A stretch of DNA of 64,000 nucleotides from an uncultured archaeon (GTDB lineage Archaea > Aenigmatarchaeota > Aenigmatarchaeia > CG10238-14), in contig CAYMPD010000001.1 in the NCBI GenBank assembly GCA_964392445.1, positions 46,698 to 110,697 of the forward strand, read 5' to 3'. The position numbers and the translations under genes are program-made. Below the pieces are notes generated by a model, which was not told the origin of the DNA, ran no database searches, and saw only the letters and a program-made list of their open reading frames with translations. Of the stretch, positions 46,569 through 55,126 are shown piece by piece. Positions within the stretch are counted from its first letter, which is position 1. Each line of letters begins with the position of its first letter.

Positions 46569-47465
46569 TTAAAATCTAACAATTTCCCTAAATTTCTGGT
46601 ATCTTTGCTCAATATCTTCCATTTTCAACGATAAAAATTTACCCACACTAAAATCCTCAACAGCAAAAGAACCCATAACATTACCATAAACAATTGCTTC
46701 TTTGAGTATTTTTTCGTCTAATTTTCCTTTTCTTGAGATATGCCCCAGAAAACCACCAGCAAACGAGTCCCCAGCACCAGTAGGGTCAACAATATCCTCC
46801 ATTGGGTAAGCAGGTGCAGGGAAAACAGTATCATTAGAAACTAATAGAGAACCATGTTCCCCTTTTTTGACAACGACATAATCTGGTCCCCATGAAAGAA
46901 TCTTTTTAGCCGCTTTAATCAGATTAGGTTCCTTACACATCATTCTTATTTCATCATCATTTAACACAACAACATCCACCGAGGACATCATCTCTTTGAC
47001 CTTATTTCTCTTGTTTTTTATCCAGTATTCGATTGTATCACACACTGACAAGACGGGATTATCAACTTGTTTCAAAACTTTAAGATTCTGAACAGGATCA
47101 TTATTCGCTAAGTAAACATAATCAGCTTTTTTGTAATAATCAGGCAATTCTGGGTTAAAATTCTCAATCACATTCAACTCAGTTTTGTTCTCCTCTCTTT
47201 TGCTGAATCCGTAGTCAAACGCTGAGTCATAAAAGAATGTTTTGCCTTTTTTGTCTACTTTTACCCCAGACAAGTCTAGTCTTTTCTTCAGAATTTTATA
47301 GTATTTATCGGGAAAATCTCCGCCGATTATCCCAACTATACCTGTTTTCGAGAAGAAACTTGCTGATAAGCCTGTGTAAACTGCTGCTCCACCTAGGATT
47401 CTTTCCATGGTTTTAAAGGGTGTTCTTGTCGTATCCAAAGCAACTGTACCAACGCAGATAATCAT
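46569..47465 (-). CDS. PfkB-family carbohydrate/nucleoside kinase
   Basis: 298 aa; C-terminal DPTGAGDSFAGGFLG anion-hole motif, N-terminal GG dipeptide region. Confidence 0.75.
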   Translation of the reverse strand: MIICVGTVALDTTRTPFKTMERILGGAAVYTGLSASFFSKTGIVGIIGGDFPDKYYKILKKRLDLSGVKVDKKGKTFFYDSAFDYGFSKREENKTELNVIENFNPELPDYYKKADYVYLANNDPVQNLKVLKQVDNPVLSVCDTIEYWIKNKRNKVKEMMSSVDVVVLNDDEIRMMCKEPNLIKAAKKILSWGPDYVVVKKGEHGSLLVSNDTVFPAPAYPMEDIVDPTGAGDSFAGGFLGHISRKGKLDEKILKEAIVYGNVMGSFAVEDFSVGKFLSLKMEDIEQRYQKFREIVRF

Positions 47466-47496
47466 AGTTAGAAATAGTTTTTTAGAATTAAGTGTT

Positions 47497-48783
47497 TTAA
47501 TTGGAAATAAAATTTTCCATTATTTTCCCAGCTTTGTCAAATACTTCCTCCTCGTCAATCCCAAGAATATCCTTATCCTTCATCAAAAATTTACCATTAA
47601 CAATAGTACTATCAACATCCCAACCCCGACAAGAATAAACCAGACTAGAGACAACGGTACTCTTACCATGAACAGGTTGGAGATGGGGTTTCTTAAAGTC
47701 AACAAGAATTAAATCCGCACTTTTACCTTCCTCCACACTTCCAACTTTATCGTCAATTCTAAAAACACTAGCACCATCAATAGTAGCCAAATCCAAAGCC
47801 TTCTGAGCGGGAATAAATGTAGGATCTCTGTTATAAAACTTGTTAACCAATGAACAATTCTTCATCTCTTCGAACATATCCAGATTATTGTTAGAAGCAC
47901 AACCATCTGTACCTAAACCTACTCTAATATTTTTGCTAAAAATCTCTCTCAGGGGCGGCATTCGACCATTAGCAAGTTTCATATTAGAAGTGGGGCAATG
48001 AACAACACTACAATTCCTTTTAGAAAATATATCAACATCCTTATTAGTCAACCAATTGCAATGGACAGCTATTAGTTTGTCGTTTAAAATTCCAATCTCA
48101 TCCAAGTGTTCCACAGGTGTTTTTTTCTTAGTTTTCTGAAAATCTTTAACCTCTTTCTCTGTTTCTGAAACATGCGTGTGCATAAGAATATCGTATTTGT
48201 CTGAACTTTCTTTTAATTTAAGTAATGTTTCTTCAGAACAGGAATAGGGAGCGTGCATGTTGACTAATGGAGTTATTAACTCATCTCCTAACCATTTTTT
48301 CGTAAATCTATCAGAGTAAGGAAGTTGTTTTCCAATATTCCAATCAAATATTACTTCACCTAAGAAGCACCTTAAACCCGTTTCTTCAACGGCTTTCGCT
48401 ATATCATCTACATGAATGTACATGTCGTTAAAACAAGTAACCCCAAATCTTATCATTTCCAAACAGGCAAGAAGAGAACCTAAATAGCAGTCTTCTGGTT
48501 TTAACTTTGCTTCTAATGGCCATATCTTCTCCTCCAACCAAGGTTTGAGCTCCATATCATCCGCATACCCGCGAAAAAGAGTCATGGATGAGTGAGTGTG
48601 AGCGTTGATTAGCCCTGGTAAAAGAACTTTTCCTTTTCCGTCAATTACATGATCTGCTTCTACTTTGGGATTTCCTATTTCTACTATTTTACCGTCTTCA
48701 ATGTAAACTGATTTATTTCTAAGGATTTCTCTTTTGGAATTTTGGGTTACTATCCAATCGGGATTTTTGAGTAGGATTGACAT
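47497..48783 (-). CDS. amidohydrolase, MTA/SAH deaminase (MtaD)-like
   Basis: 428 aa; metal-binding HTH (LPGLINAHTHS), downstream H..H..D ligands of TIM-barrel amidohydrolase superfamily; context next to ahcY/MTAP. Confidence 0.7.
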   Translation of the reverse strand: MSILLKNPDWIVTQNSKREILRNKSVYIEDGKIVEIGNPKVEADHVIDGKGKVLLPGLINAHTHSSMTLFRGYADDMELKPWLEEKIWPLEAKLKPEDCYLGSLLACLEMIRFGVTCFNDMYIHVDDIAKAVEETGLRCFLGEVIFDWNIGKQLPYSDRFTKKWLGDELITPLVNMHAPYSCSEETLLKLKESSDKYDILMHTHVSETEKEVKDFQKTKKKTPVEHLDEIGILNDKLIAVHCNWLTNKDVDIFSKRNCSVVHCPTSNMKLANGRMPPLREIFSKNIRVGLGTDGCASNNNLDMFEEMKNCSLVNKFYNRDPTFIPAQKALDLATIDGASVFRIDDKVGSVEEGKSADLILVDFKKPHLQPVHGKSTVVSSLVYSCRGWDVDSTIVNGKFLMKDKDILGIDEEEVFDKAGKIMENFISN

Positions 48784-48817
48784 GTTAAGTTTTATTGAAT
48801 TGAAAATTTAAATTAGG

Positions 48818-49780
48818 TTAGTGATAAAGGTCTCTAATAAGTTCACGAGATAATATTTCGATTCTAGGTCCAATTTTTTCCATCGCGGCCAATACCTCAG
48901 CATCATCAGTATTATTAGTAAGTGTATCATGATCAAATTTTTCATCATAAACCTCTTCCATTGTATTTGATATACCGGATATTCCTAAAACTCTTACATC
49001 TTCCAAATCATCTGAGCCCTCCAGGCCCAGAAACCCTCTCATTCCTATAAGTTCTATAATAGTTGACATCCCAACACTACCCAATCCAAATGCTCGAAAT
49101 CTTGATGTTTTAGCGGCAGGCTCAAATTCGGAGCCAGCAACATACCTATAAACACCAGTTCTACATGGTATTTCAAGTTTTTCAGCGATGTCTTTTACCC
49201 TATCTGTGAGCTCTAAGTCATAAATACCACCATAATAAGGTTGTGGGAGATGGTGAACTACACGAACATCAGGAGGTGGACATATTAAAGGGTTCTGATC
49301 ATGAGTTAAAGATGAGTAATCGTGATCAATTATTAGCATCAAATCCCCCACTTCATAGTCGGAATTAAGGCCCCCAGCAGCATTTGTCAAGACCAAAAGT
49401 TCTATACCCATTAATTTCATTAATCTCGTTAAAAATGCTATTTCATGTCCATTATATCCTTCATGGTAATGATTCCTACCGTTTGCAACTATTGTTTCAA
49501 CATCTTCAAAATACCCTACTGAGAATTTCTTTTCGTGTCCAATTGCGGAATATCTTCCAGGAATAGGAGGGAAACATAGAATATTAGAATATGGAATCTC
49601 AACACCACCCTCTGGTACTATACAACCCTTTTGTGCCGAACCAAGAATAAAACCTAATCTTGGACTTTGAAGACTTCTAGGAACTTGATCTAATAAATCT
49701 CTATAGGCTCTTGAAAGATCATGTGAAGTAAGATATTCCTTTTCCGCCTTTTCAATATAATTTAACCAGGGATTTATCAT
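48818..49780 (-). CDS. purine nucleoside / methylthioadenosine phosphorylase family
   Basis: 320 aa; FGLGSVGMSTIIELIGMRG (phosphate-binding G-x-G... VGMST) PNP/MTAP signature. Confidence 0.75.
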   Translation of the reverse strand: MINPWLNYIEKAEKEYLTSHDLSRAYRDLLDQVPRSLQSPRLGFILGSAQKGCIVPEGGVEIPYSNILCFPPIPGRYSAIGHEKKFSVGYFEDVETIVANGRNHYHEGYNGHEIAFLTRLMKLMGIELLVLTNAAGGLNSDYEVGDLMLIIDHDYSSLTHDQNPLICPPPDVRVVHHLPQPYYGGIYDLELTDRVKDIAEKLEIPCRTGVYRYVAGSEFEPAAKTSRFRAFGLGSVGMSTIIELIGMRGFLGLEGSDDLEDVRVLGISGISNTMEEVYDEKFDHDTLTNNTDDAEVLAAMEKIGPRIEILSRELIRDLYH

Positions 49781-49892
49781 AACCCTTTAATTAAAAATAA
49801 AATATTAATAAAGAAATCTAAACTTTCGTATAAAATAATTTAACTTCTAGTAGAATTTAACTAAAAATAAAATAAGAAAAAAGAGGAGGTCA

Positions 49893-51167
49893 CTACTTCT
49901 TAACTAAATCAATCACAATTCCAGCAGCAACTGTCTGTCCCATGTCTCTAATAGCAAACTTTGCTAATTGTGGAATATCTGTTTGTTTCTCTGCTACCAT
50001 GTCTCTTGTTGGAACAACCCTAATCCTCGCAGCATCACCTGTTTTCAAGAAATCTGGTTTCTCTTTAACAACCTGACCTGTCTTTGGATCAATCTTTGCA
50101 ATTATCTCTTCAACCTTACAAGCAACTGAAGCTGTTCCTAAGTGGAATACGGGTGTATATCCTGCTGTCATAACAGTTGGGTGATTCAAAACAACAATCT
50201 GTGCTGTGAATTCCTTTACAACTGTTGGTGGATTATCTGGATGTCCTGCTACATCTCCACGTTTAACGTCTTTCTTTCCTAAACCTCTAACATTGAATCC
50301 AACATTATCTCCTGGTTTAGCCTCTGGTTGTTTTTTGTGGAACATTTCTATTGATTTAACTTCACCTTCTTTTCCAGATGGCTGGAATACAACCTTATCT
50401 CCAACCTTTAGTACACCTGTCTCTATTCTACCAACTGGAACTGAACCTACACCTGTAACTGTATAAGCGTCTTGGACTGGTATTCTCAATGGCTTATCAA
50501 CTGGTAATTCAGGTGGTTCTATTGTACTGTCCATTGTATTAATTAAGGTCTCTCCCTCATACCACTTTGTATTCTCTGATTTTTCAAATACATTGTCTCC
50601 CTTTAAACCAGAAACTGGTACAAATGGTACCTTTGAAACATCATATCCTATTGATTTCAATAGTTTTTTTACGTTTGAAACAACTTCCTCATATCTTTTT
50701 TGATCATAATTTGCTGCATCCATTTTATTGATAGCAACCACTAACTGATTAACTCCCAATACTTTCATTAAGAATGCATGCTCTTTTGTCTGTTCTTGAA
50801 CACCTTCTCCCGGCTTTGCAGAAACAACAAATAGAGAAGCGTCCGCTTGTGATGCCCCAGTAATCATATTTTTAACAAAATCCCTGTGACCAGGACAATC
50901 AATTACTGTGTAAAAATATTTTTTTGTTTTAAACGGTCTGTGCATAATGTCAATAGTTAGACCTCTTTCTCTCTCTTCCTTTAATTTATCCATTACATAA
51001 GCAAATTCCCAAGTTTCTTTCTTATACTCCTTGGCCAACTGCTCCATCTTTCTCATCTGTTCTGGTTTTATTGCTCCAGAATCAAATAATAATCTCCCAA
51101 TTAGAGTAGACTTTCCAGCATCTACATGACCAGCACTTATTATGTTAATTTTTGGTAATTCTGCCAT
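49893..51167 (-). CDS. tuf: Elongation factor 1-alpha
   Basis: 424 aa; GHVDAGKST, DCPGH, NKMD GTPase motifs; GGAGGTG SD upstream. Confidence 0.95.
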   Translation of the reverse strand: MAELPKINIISAGHVDAGKSTLIGRLLFDSGAIKPEQMRKMEQLAKEYKKETWEFAYVMDKLKEERERGLTIDIMHRPFKTKKYFYTVIDCPGHRDFVKNMITGASQADASLFVVSAKPGEGVQEQTKEHAFLMKVLGVNQLVVAINKMDAANYDQKRYEEVVSNVKKLLKSIGYDVSKVPFVPVSGLKGDNVFEKSENTKWYEGETLINTMDSTIEPPELPVDKPLRIPVQDAYTVTGVGSVPVGRIETGVLKVGDKVVFQPSGKEGEVKSIEMFHKKQPEAKPGDNVGFNVRGLGKKDVKRGDVAGHPDNPPTVVKEFTAQIVVLNHPTVMTAGYTPVFHLGTASVACKVEEIIAKIDPKTGQVVKEKPDFLKTGDAARIRVVPTRDMVAEKQTDIPQLAKFAIRDMGQTVAAGIVIDLVKK

Positions 51168-51215
51168 ACCTACACCTCCTCTTTAAATAATATTTATATT
51201 ATTCTTATATATTTA

Positions 51216-53405
51216 TTAACTTTCTACCCCTGGAATTTTTTCACTCAACCCCCTTCTTTTTCTTACTTTTAAAACGGTTTGGTCTTGCAAACTCTTGGGT
51301 AGTTTCTCATATATAACATCAATTAAACTATAAAAACCTTTGCCTCCAGTCGCAGATTTCAATTCTGAGTTAAATCCGAACATTTCTGAAACCGGTAGCT
51401 TTGCTTGTATCATAGTCATTCCTCTTTCCTCATCCATTCCCAAAACCTGTCCTCTTCTGTTTTGAACCTCTTTTATCGCACCGCCCATATTTTCTGTAGG
51501 TACATCTATCCTGATTATTTGTTTAGGTTCAAGAATACTTGGTTCTCCTAGAAGCATTCCAATCTTAACCCCATGTCTAATTGCGGGTAAAACTTGTCCA
51601 GGGCCACGATGAACAGGATCTTCATGTAAACTAGCGTCAACTAAAGTAGCTTTTACCCCATAACATGGTTCTCTTGCTAAAGGCCCTTCATCCATTATAG
51701 ATTTGAATCCATCCTTCACCATTTCCATTGCTTCGTTCAGGTATTGTACACCTTTACATGAATTGAGAAGCATGTTCCTCTCGTAAATTAACTCAAGATT
51801 CTTGACATCATCAGCACTCATTCCTAACTCTTTTAAATCATCTATTAATTCTTGATTTTTCTTTTTCATATCATAGGTTGAGGGTATAGTATCTTCCTTC
51901 ATTGCCTCATAGTATTGTCTTTCAAGTGGCTCGATAATAAAGTAGAATCTGTTGTGTTTGTTCGGCGACTTTCCTTCTATCTCAGGTGATTTTTTAACTA
52001 GTGTTTCTCTGTAAACAACAATCGGCGGAGAAGCCCTGAATTCCAAGCCCATTTCTTTTAATTTTCTTTCCACTTTTGCATCAATATGTAATTCTCCTAA
52101 CCCAGAAACAAGATACTCCCCAGTTTCCTGATTAATTTTAACTCTGATAGTCGTATCCTCTCGCCCAAGTTTTTTCAAGAAGTTGATTAGTTTTGTTAGG
52201 TCTCTTGGGTTTTTCGGCTCCAAAGCTTTGGTAACTACAGGCTCAAATATATGTTTGATTTGTTCAAAAGGTTGAATTAGATAATCTGGTTCACAAATAG
52301 TTTCGCCAGAAAATGCATCAGGTATACCAACCAAACCAACAATATTCCCAGCCACGACTTCATCTACTTGTATCCTGTGTGGACCTTTGTAAACACTTAC
52401 TTGTTGTAATCTACCCGTCTTTCTTTTGCCGATCATCTTCACATCAGTTCCTTTGACTACTTTTCCAGAGAATATTCTCGCAGTTGCAATAAAACCAGCA
52501 TGTGGATCTGGTGTAACCTTGGTAACTACACCTGCCAAATGTCCATCAACATCAACCTTTTTCATGGATTGACCAATTTCCGAATCCATATCCCCAGACC
52601 ATATCTTCGGTATCCTGTACTCTTGTGCTTTAATCGGTGAAGGAAGATGTTTAATAATCATGTTAAGAACTACCTGGTGTAAAGGTGATTTTTCGGCAAG
52701 ATCGCTCTGTTTATCTTGTTCCGTCTTTTCAATTATCTCAGTGAAAGATATGCCCGTTTTTTCCATGTAAGGAATCGAAGTTCCCCATTTTTCCAGGGCT
52801 GAGCCAAAAGCAACTGAGCCATCGGCAACATTAACTAACCACTTGTCTTTGTATTCCTTTTCAGCATATTTTTGTATTAGAACATTAACATCAGTAATTA
52901 TTCGTGTGAATTTTTCTTGCATCTGCTCTGGTGTGAGTTTTAGTTCTTTGATTAGTCTATCAACCTTGTTAATGAATAGAATAGGTTTAACTCTTTCTTT
53001 TAAAGCCTGACGTAGGACTGTCTCGGTCTGAGGCATAGCACCTTCTACAGCGTCAACTAGGAGTATAGCACCATCTACAGCTCTTAGAGCGCGCGTGACA
53101 TCCCCACCGAAGTCCACATGACCGGGAGTGTCTATTAGATTGATTAGATAATCGTCCCCGTCCCAATTGTGAACCATACTAGCATTTGCTGACCAGATTG
53201 TTATTCCTCTTTCCTGTTCTTGATCATCTGTGTCCAAAAATCTTCTTTGGCCAGCTACATTAAACGAGATCATTCCCGCTTGTGCTATCAAACTATCAGA
53301 AAAGGTTGTTTTCCCATGGTCAATATGGGCGATTGTTCCTATATTTCTGATTTTGCCCGGTTTGTACATCAGTTTCTTTACTTTTTCTATCATTTCTTCT
53401 GCCAT
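51216..53405 (-). CDS. fusA: Elongation factor 2
   Basis: 729 aa; AHIDHGKTT, DTPGH, NKVD; diphthamide-region HRGPGQ present. Confidence 0.95.
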   Translation of the reverse strand: MAEEMIEKVKKLMYKPGKIRNIGTIAHIDHGKTTFSDSLIAQAGMISFNVAGQRRFLDTDDQEQERGITIWSANASMVHNWDGDDYLINLIDTPGHVDFGGDVTRALRAVDGAILLVDAVEGAMPQTETVLRQALKERVKPILFINKVDRLIKELKLTPEQMQEKFTRIITDVNVLIQKYAEKEYKDKWLVNVADGSVAFGSALEKWGTSIPYMEKTGISFTEIIEKTEQDKQSDLAEKSPLHQVVLNMIIKHLPSPIKAQEYRIPKIWSGDMDSEIGQSMKKVDVDGHLAGVVTKVTPDPHAGFIATARIFSGKVVKGTDVKMIGKRKTGRLQQVSVYKGPHRIQVDEVVAGNIVGLVGIPDAFSGETICEPDYLIQPFEQIKHIFEPVVTKALEPKNPRDLTKLINFLKKLGREDTTIRVKINQETGEYLVSGLGELHIDAKVERKLKEMGLEFRASPPIVVYRETLVKKSPEIEGKSPNKHNRFYFIIEPLERQYYEAMKEDTIPSTYDMKKKNQELIDDLKELGMSADDVKNLELIYERNMLLNSCKGVQYLNEAMEMVKDGFKSIMDEGPLAREPCYGVKATLVDASLHEDPVHRGPGQVLPAIRHGVKIGMLLGEPSILEPKQIIRIDVPTENMGGAIKEVQNRRGQVLGMDEERGMTMIQAKLPVSEMFGFNSELKSATGGKGFYSLIDVIYEKLPKSLQDQTVLKVRKRRGLSEKIPGVES

Positions 53406-53407
53406 AA

Positions 53408-54010
53408 TTATCTCGCCCCACTGGCCTCTCTCTCAATCCTTTCTTTTTCCTTAATCGCAAAAGACTTCGAGGAATCATTTTTATAAGCATGAATTATCTC
53501 ATCTACCAATGCATCAACCATTGATATTTTATTACCAAACGACTTCCTGTAAGACGATTGAACAATTATCGACAAAGCCGAATCAACTCTTCTTTGAGGA
53601 GATGTAATAACAGCTTTCCTAACTATCGTCCCTCCAATCTGATAAGAACTTATCTCCTCCCTCAAAGATGCATTTTCCAAAGCCCCAACTAGAATCTCTA
53701 TTGGGTTCTTTTTAGTCTTCTTTTCTATTTTTTCAAAACCTTCTTTTACAATATTAAGAATAGTTTGACTTTTTCCAGTAGTTCTACCTGAAGAAATAAG
53801 ATGTTTTTTCCCTCTATGACCAGGCACCATCAACTTGTTAACAAGTCTTTCTACAATATTCACTCTAGACTTACCAAATTTCTTTTGACTAAACTTCCCA
53901 CCAGTATTGGGAACAATAACTGGATCAAGATTAATATAAGGTTTTAATCCAGGATCATTCACCTTAATATCCTCAAAGGACCATCTGTTAAAAAGTTTAA
54001 TTTCTACCAT
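53408..54010 (-). CDS. rps7: 30S ribosomal protein S7
   Basis: 200 aa; uS7 pattern, conserved position between S12 and EF-2. Confidence 0.9.
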   Translation of the reverse strand: MVEIKLFNRWSFEDIKVNDPGLKPYINLDPVIVPNTGGKFSQKKFGKSRVNIVERLVNKLMVPGHRGKKHLISSGRTTGKSQTILNIVKEGFEKIEKKTKKNPIEILVGALENASLREEISSYQIGGTIVRKAVITSPQRRVDSALSIIVQSSYRKSFGNKISMVDALVDEIIHAYKNDSSKSFAIKEKERIEREASGAR

Positions 54011-54015
54011 AACTA

Positions 54016-54441
54016 TTACCTCACTGGTTTCTGCTTTTTACCTGCAAGTATTTCTGATAAGGCAACTCCATTCACTTTGACAACTTTGTATTTCAAACCC
54101 CACTGACTTCCAACGGGACCACCTTGAGAACCACCTACACCCTCTATCAAAACCTCGTCATGTTCAGTTATTTTATCAATCGCATGGTCACCTGGAACAA
54201 AGGCTGTAACCCTAATATTGTTCTTAACTAATTGTACTCTGACGGTTTTAATCAAACCAGAGTGAGGCTGTTTTTGCTCGCAAGATCTTTTATCAATAAC
54301 TATTCCTCTAGCTTGGGGAGCACCTTCTAACGGCTCTTTCTTTTTGAGATTGAGTTGTCTACGCATGTATTTATTATCCTTCCATTTGAATTTCTTTCTA
54401 TCTTTCTTAAGTTTTCTCGCGGCAAATTCTCCTCTAGCCAT
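54016..54441 (-). CDS. rps12: 30S ribosomal protein S12
   Basis: 141 aa; PKKPNSA-like and VRVQLVKNN...AFVPGDGH uS12 motifs. Confidence 0.9.
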   Translation of the reverse strand: MARGEFAARKLKKDRKKFKWKDNKYMRRQLNLKKKEPLEGAPQARGIVIDKRSCEQKQPHSGLIKTVRVQLVKNNIRVTAFVPGDHAIDKITEHDEVLIEGVGGSQGGPVGSQWGLKYKVVKVNGVALSEILAGKKQKPVR

Positions 54442-54857
54442 TATTTCACCCTCAAATCTGATACATTATGGACTCTCTTTAATATTTCCCTATATATTTT
54501 TATTTTTTCCCCCCCACGCCCAATCACATAACCTTTATCGGATTTATCAACTTTTATCTCTATCTCAACCGAATCAGTATTATTGATCACAGTTACTTCC
54601 TTTGCTTGAGGGATTAAATTTTTAACGAATTCAACAAGATTAGGCGAGTATTCGAAGACTTTAACATTCTTTTCAATAGATTTTTCAACGTTTTTGATAG
54701 AACTTCCGCCCCTACCTATAGCCAACCCAATCTTCCCTTCTTCTACTATAAAATAAACGTCATCTTCATCAACAAAACAGTCTTTTACATGAACTTTTGT
54801 TATATTTTCAAATAAGTTCAGTAGTCTTATAGTCTCCATATTAAGTACAATTGTCAT
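54441..54857 (-). CDS. nusA: NusA-like transcription termination factor (two KH domains)
   Basis: 138 aa; two GxxG KH motifs ([21 protein letters not shown]); canonical position L30e-NusA-S12. Confidence 0.8.
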   Translation of the reverse strand: MTIVLNMETIRLLNLFENITKVHVKDCFVDEDDVYFIVEEGKIGLAIGRGGSSIKNVEKSIEKNVKVFEYSPNLVEFVKNLIPQAKEVTVINNTDSVEIEIKVDKSDKGYVIGRGGEKIKIYREILKRVHNVSDLRVK

Positions 54858-55126
54858 TTTTTACTCCCTTTTATTGCTAGCACGCTTACTGAAAATGGTT
54901 TACCGCAAACCAAACCCAATTCCAAGTTATCTTTGGGGTATTCTTTTACGATTATTTTTGAAATTTTTGAATTGTGAAGTATATTTTCCAATTTATCTCT
55001 TGGTAAATTATTTGAATGAACTACAAGTTTTGGTTTTCCAGTTTTAATTTCCTTTATTACACTTTTATAACCGAATATTATTCTTTTCTCCTTAACTGCG
55101 TCTTTTATAGTTTTATTCAAATCCAT
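54854..55126 (-). CDS. rpl30e: 50S ribosomal protein L30e
   Basis: 90 aa; L30e/L7Ae-fold size and conserved position after rpoA''. Confidence 0.8.
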   Translation of the reverse strand: MDLNKTIKDAVKEKRIIFGYKSVIKEIKTGKPKLVVHSNNLPRDKLENILHNSKISKIIVKEYPKDNLELGLVCGKPFSVSVLAIKGSKK

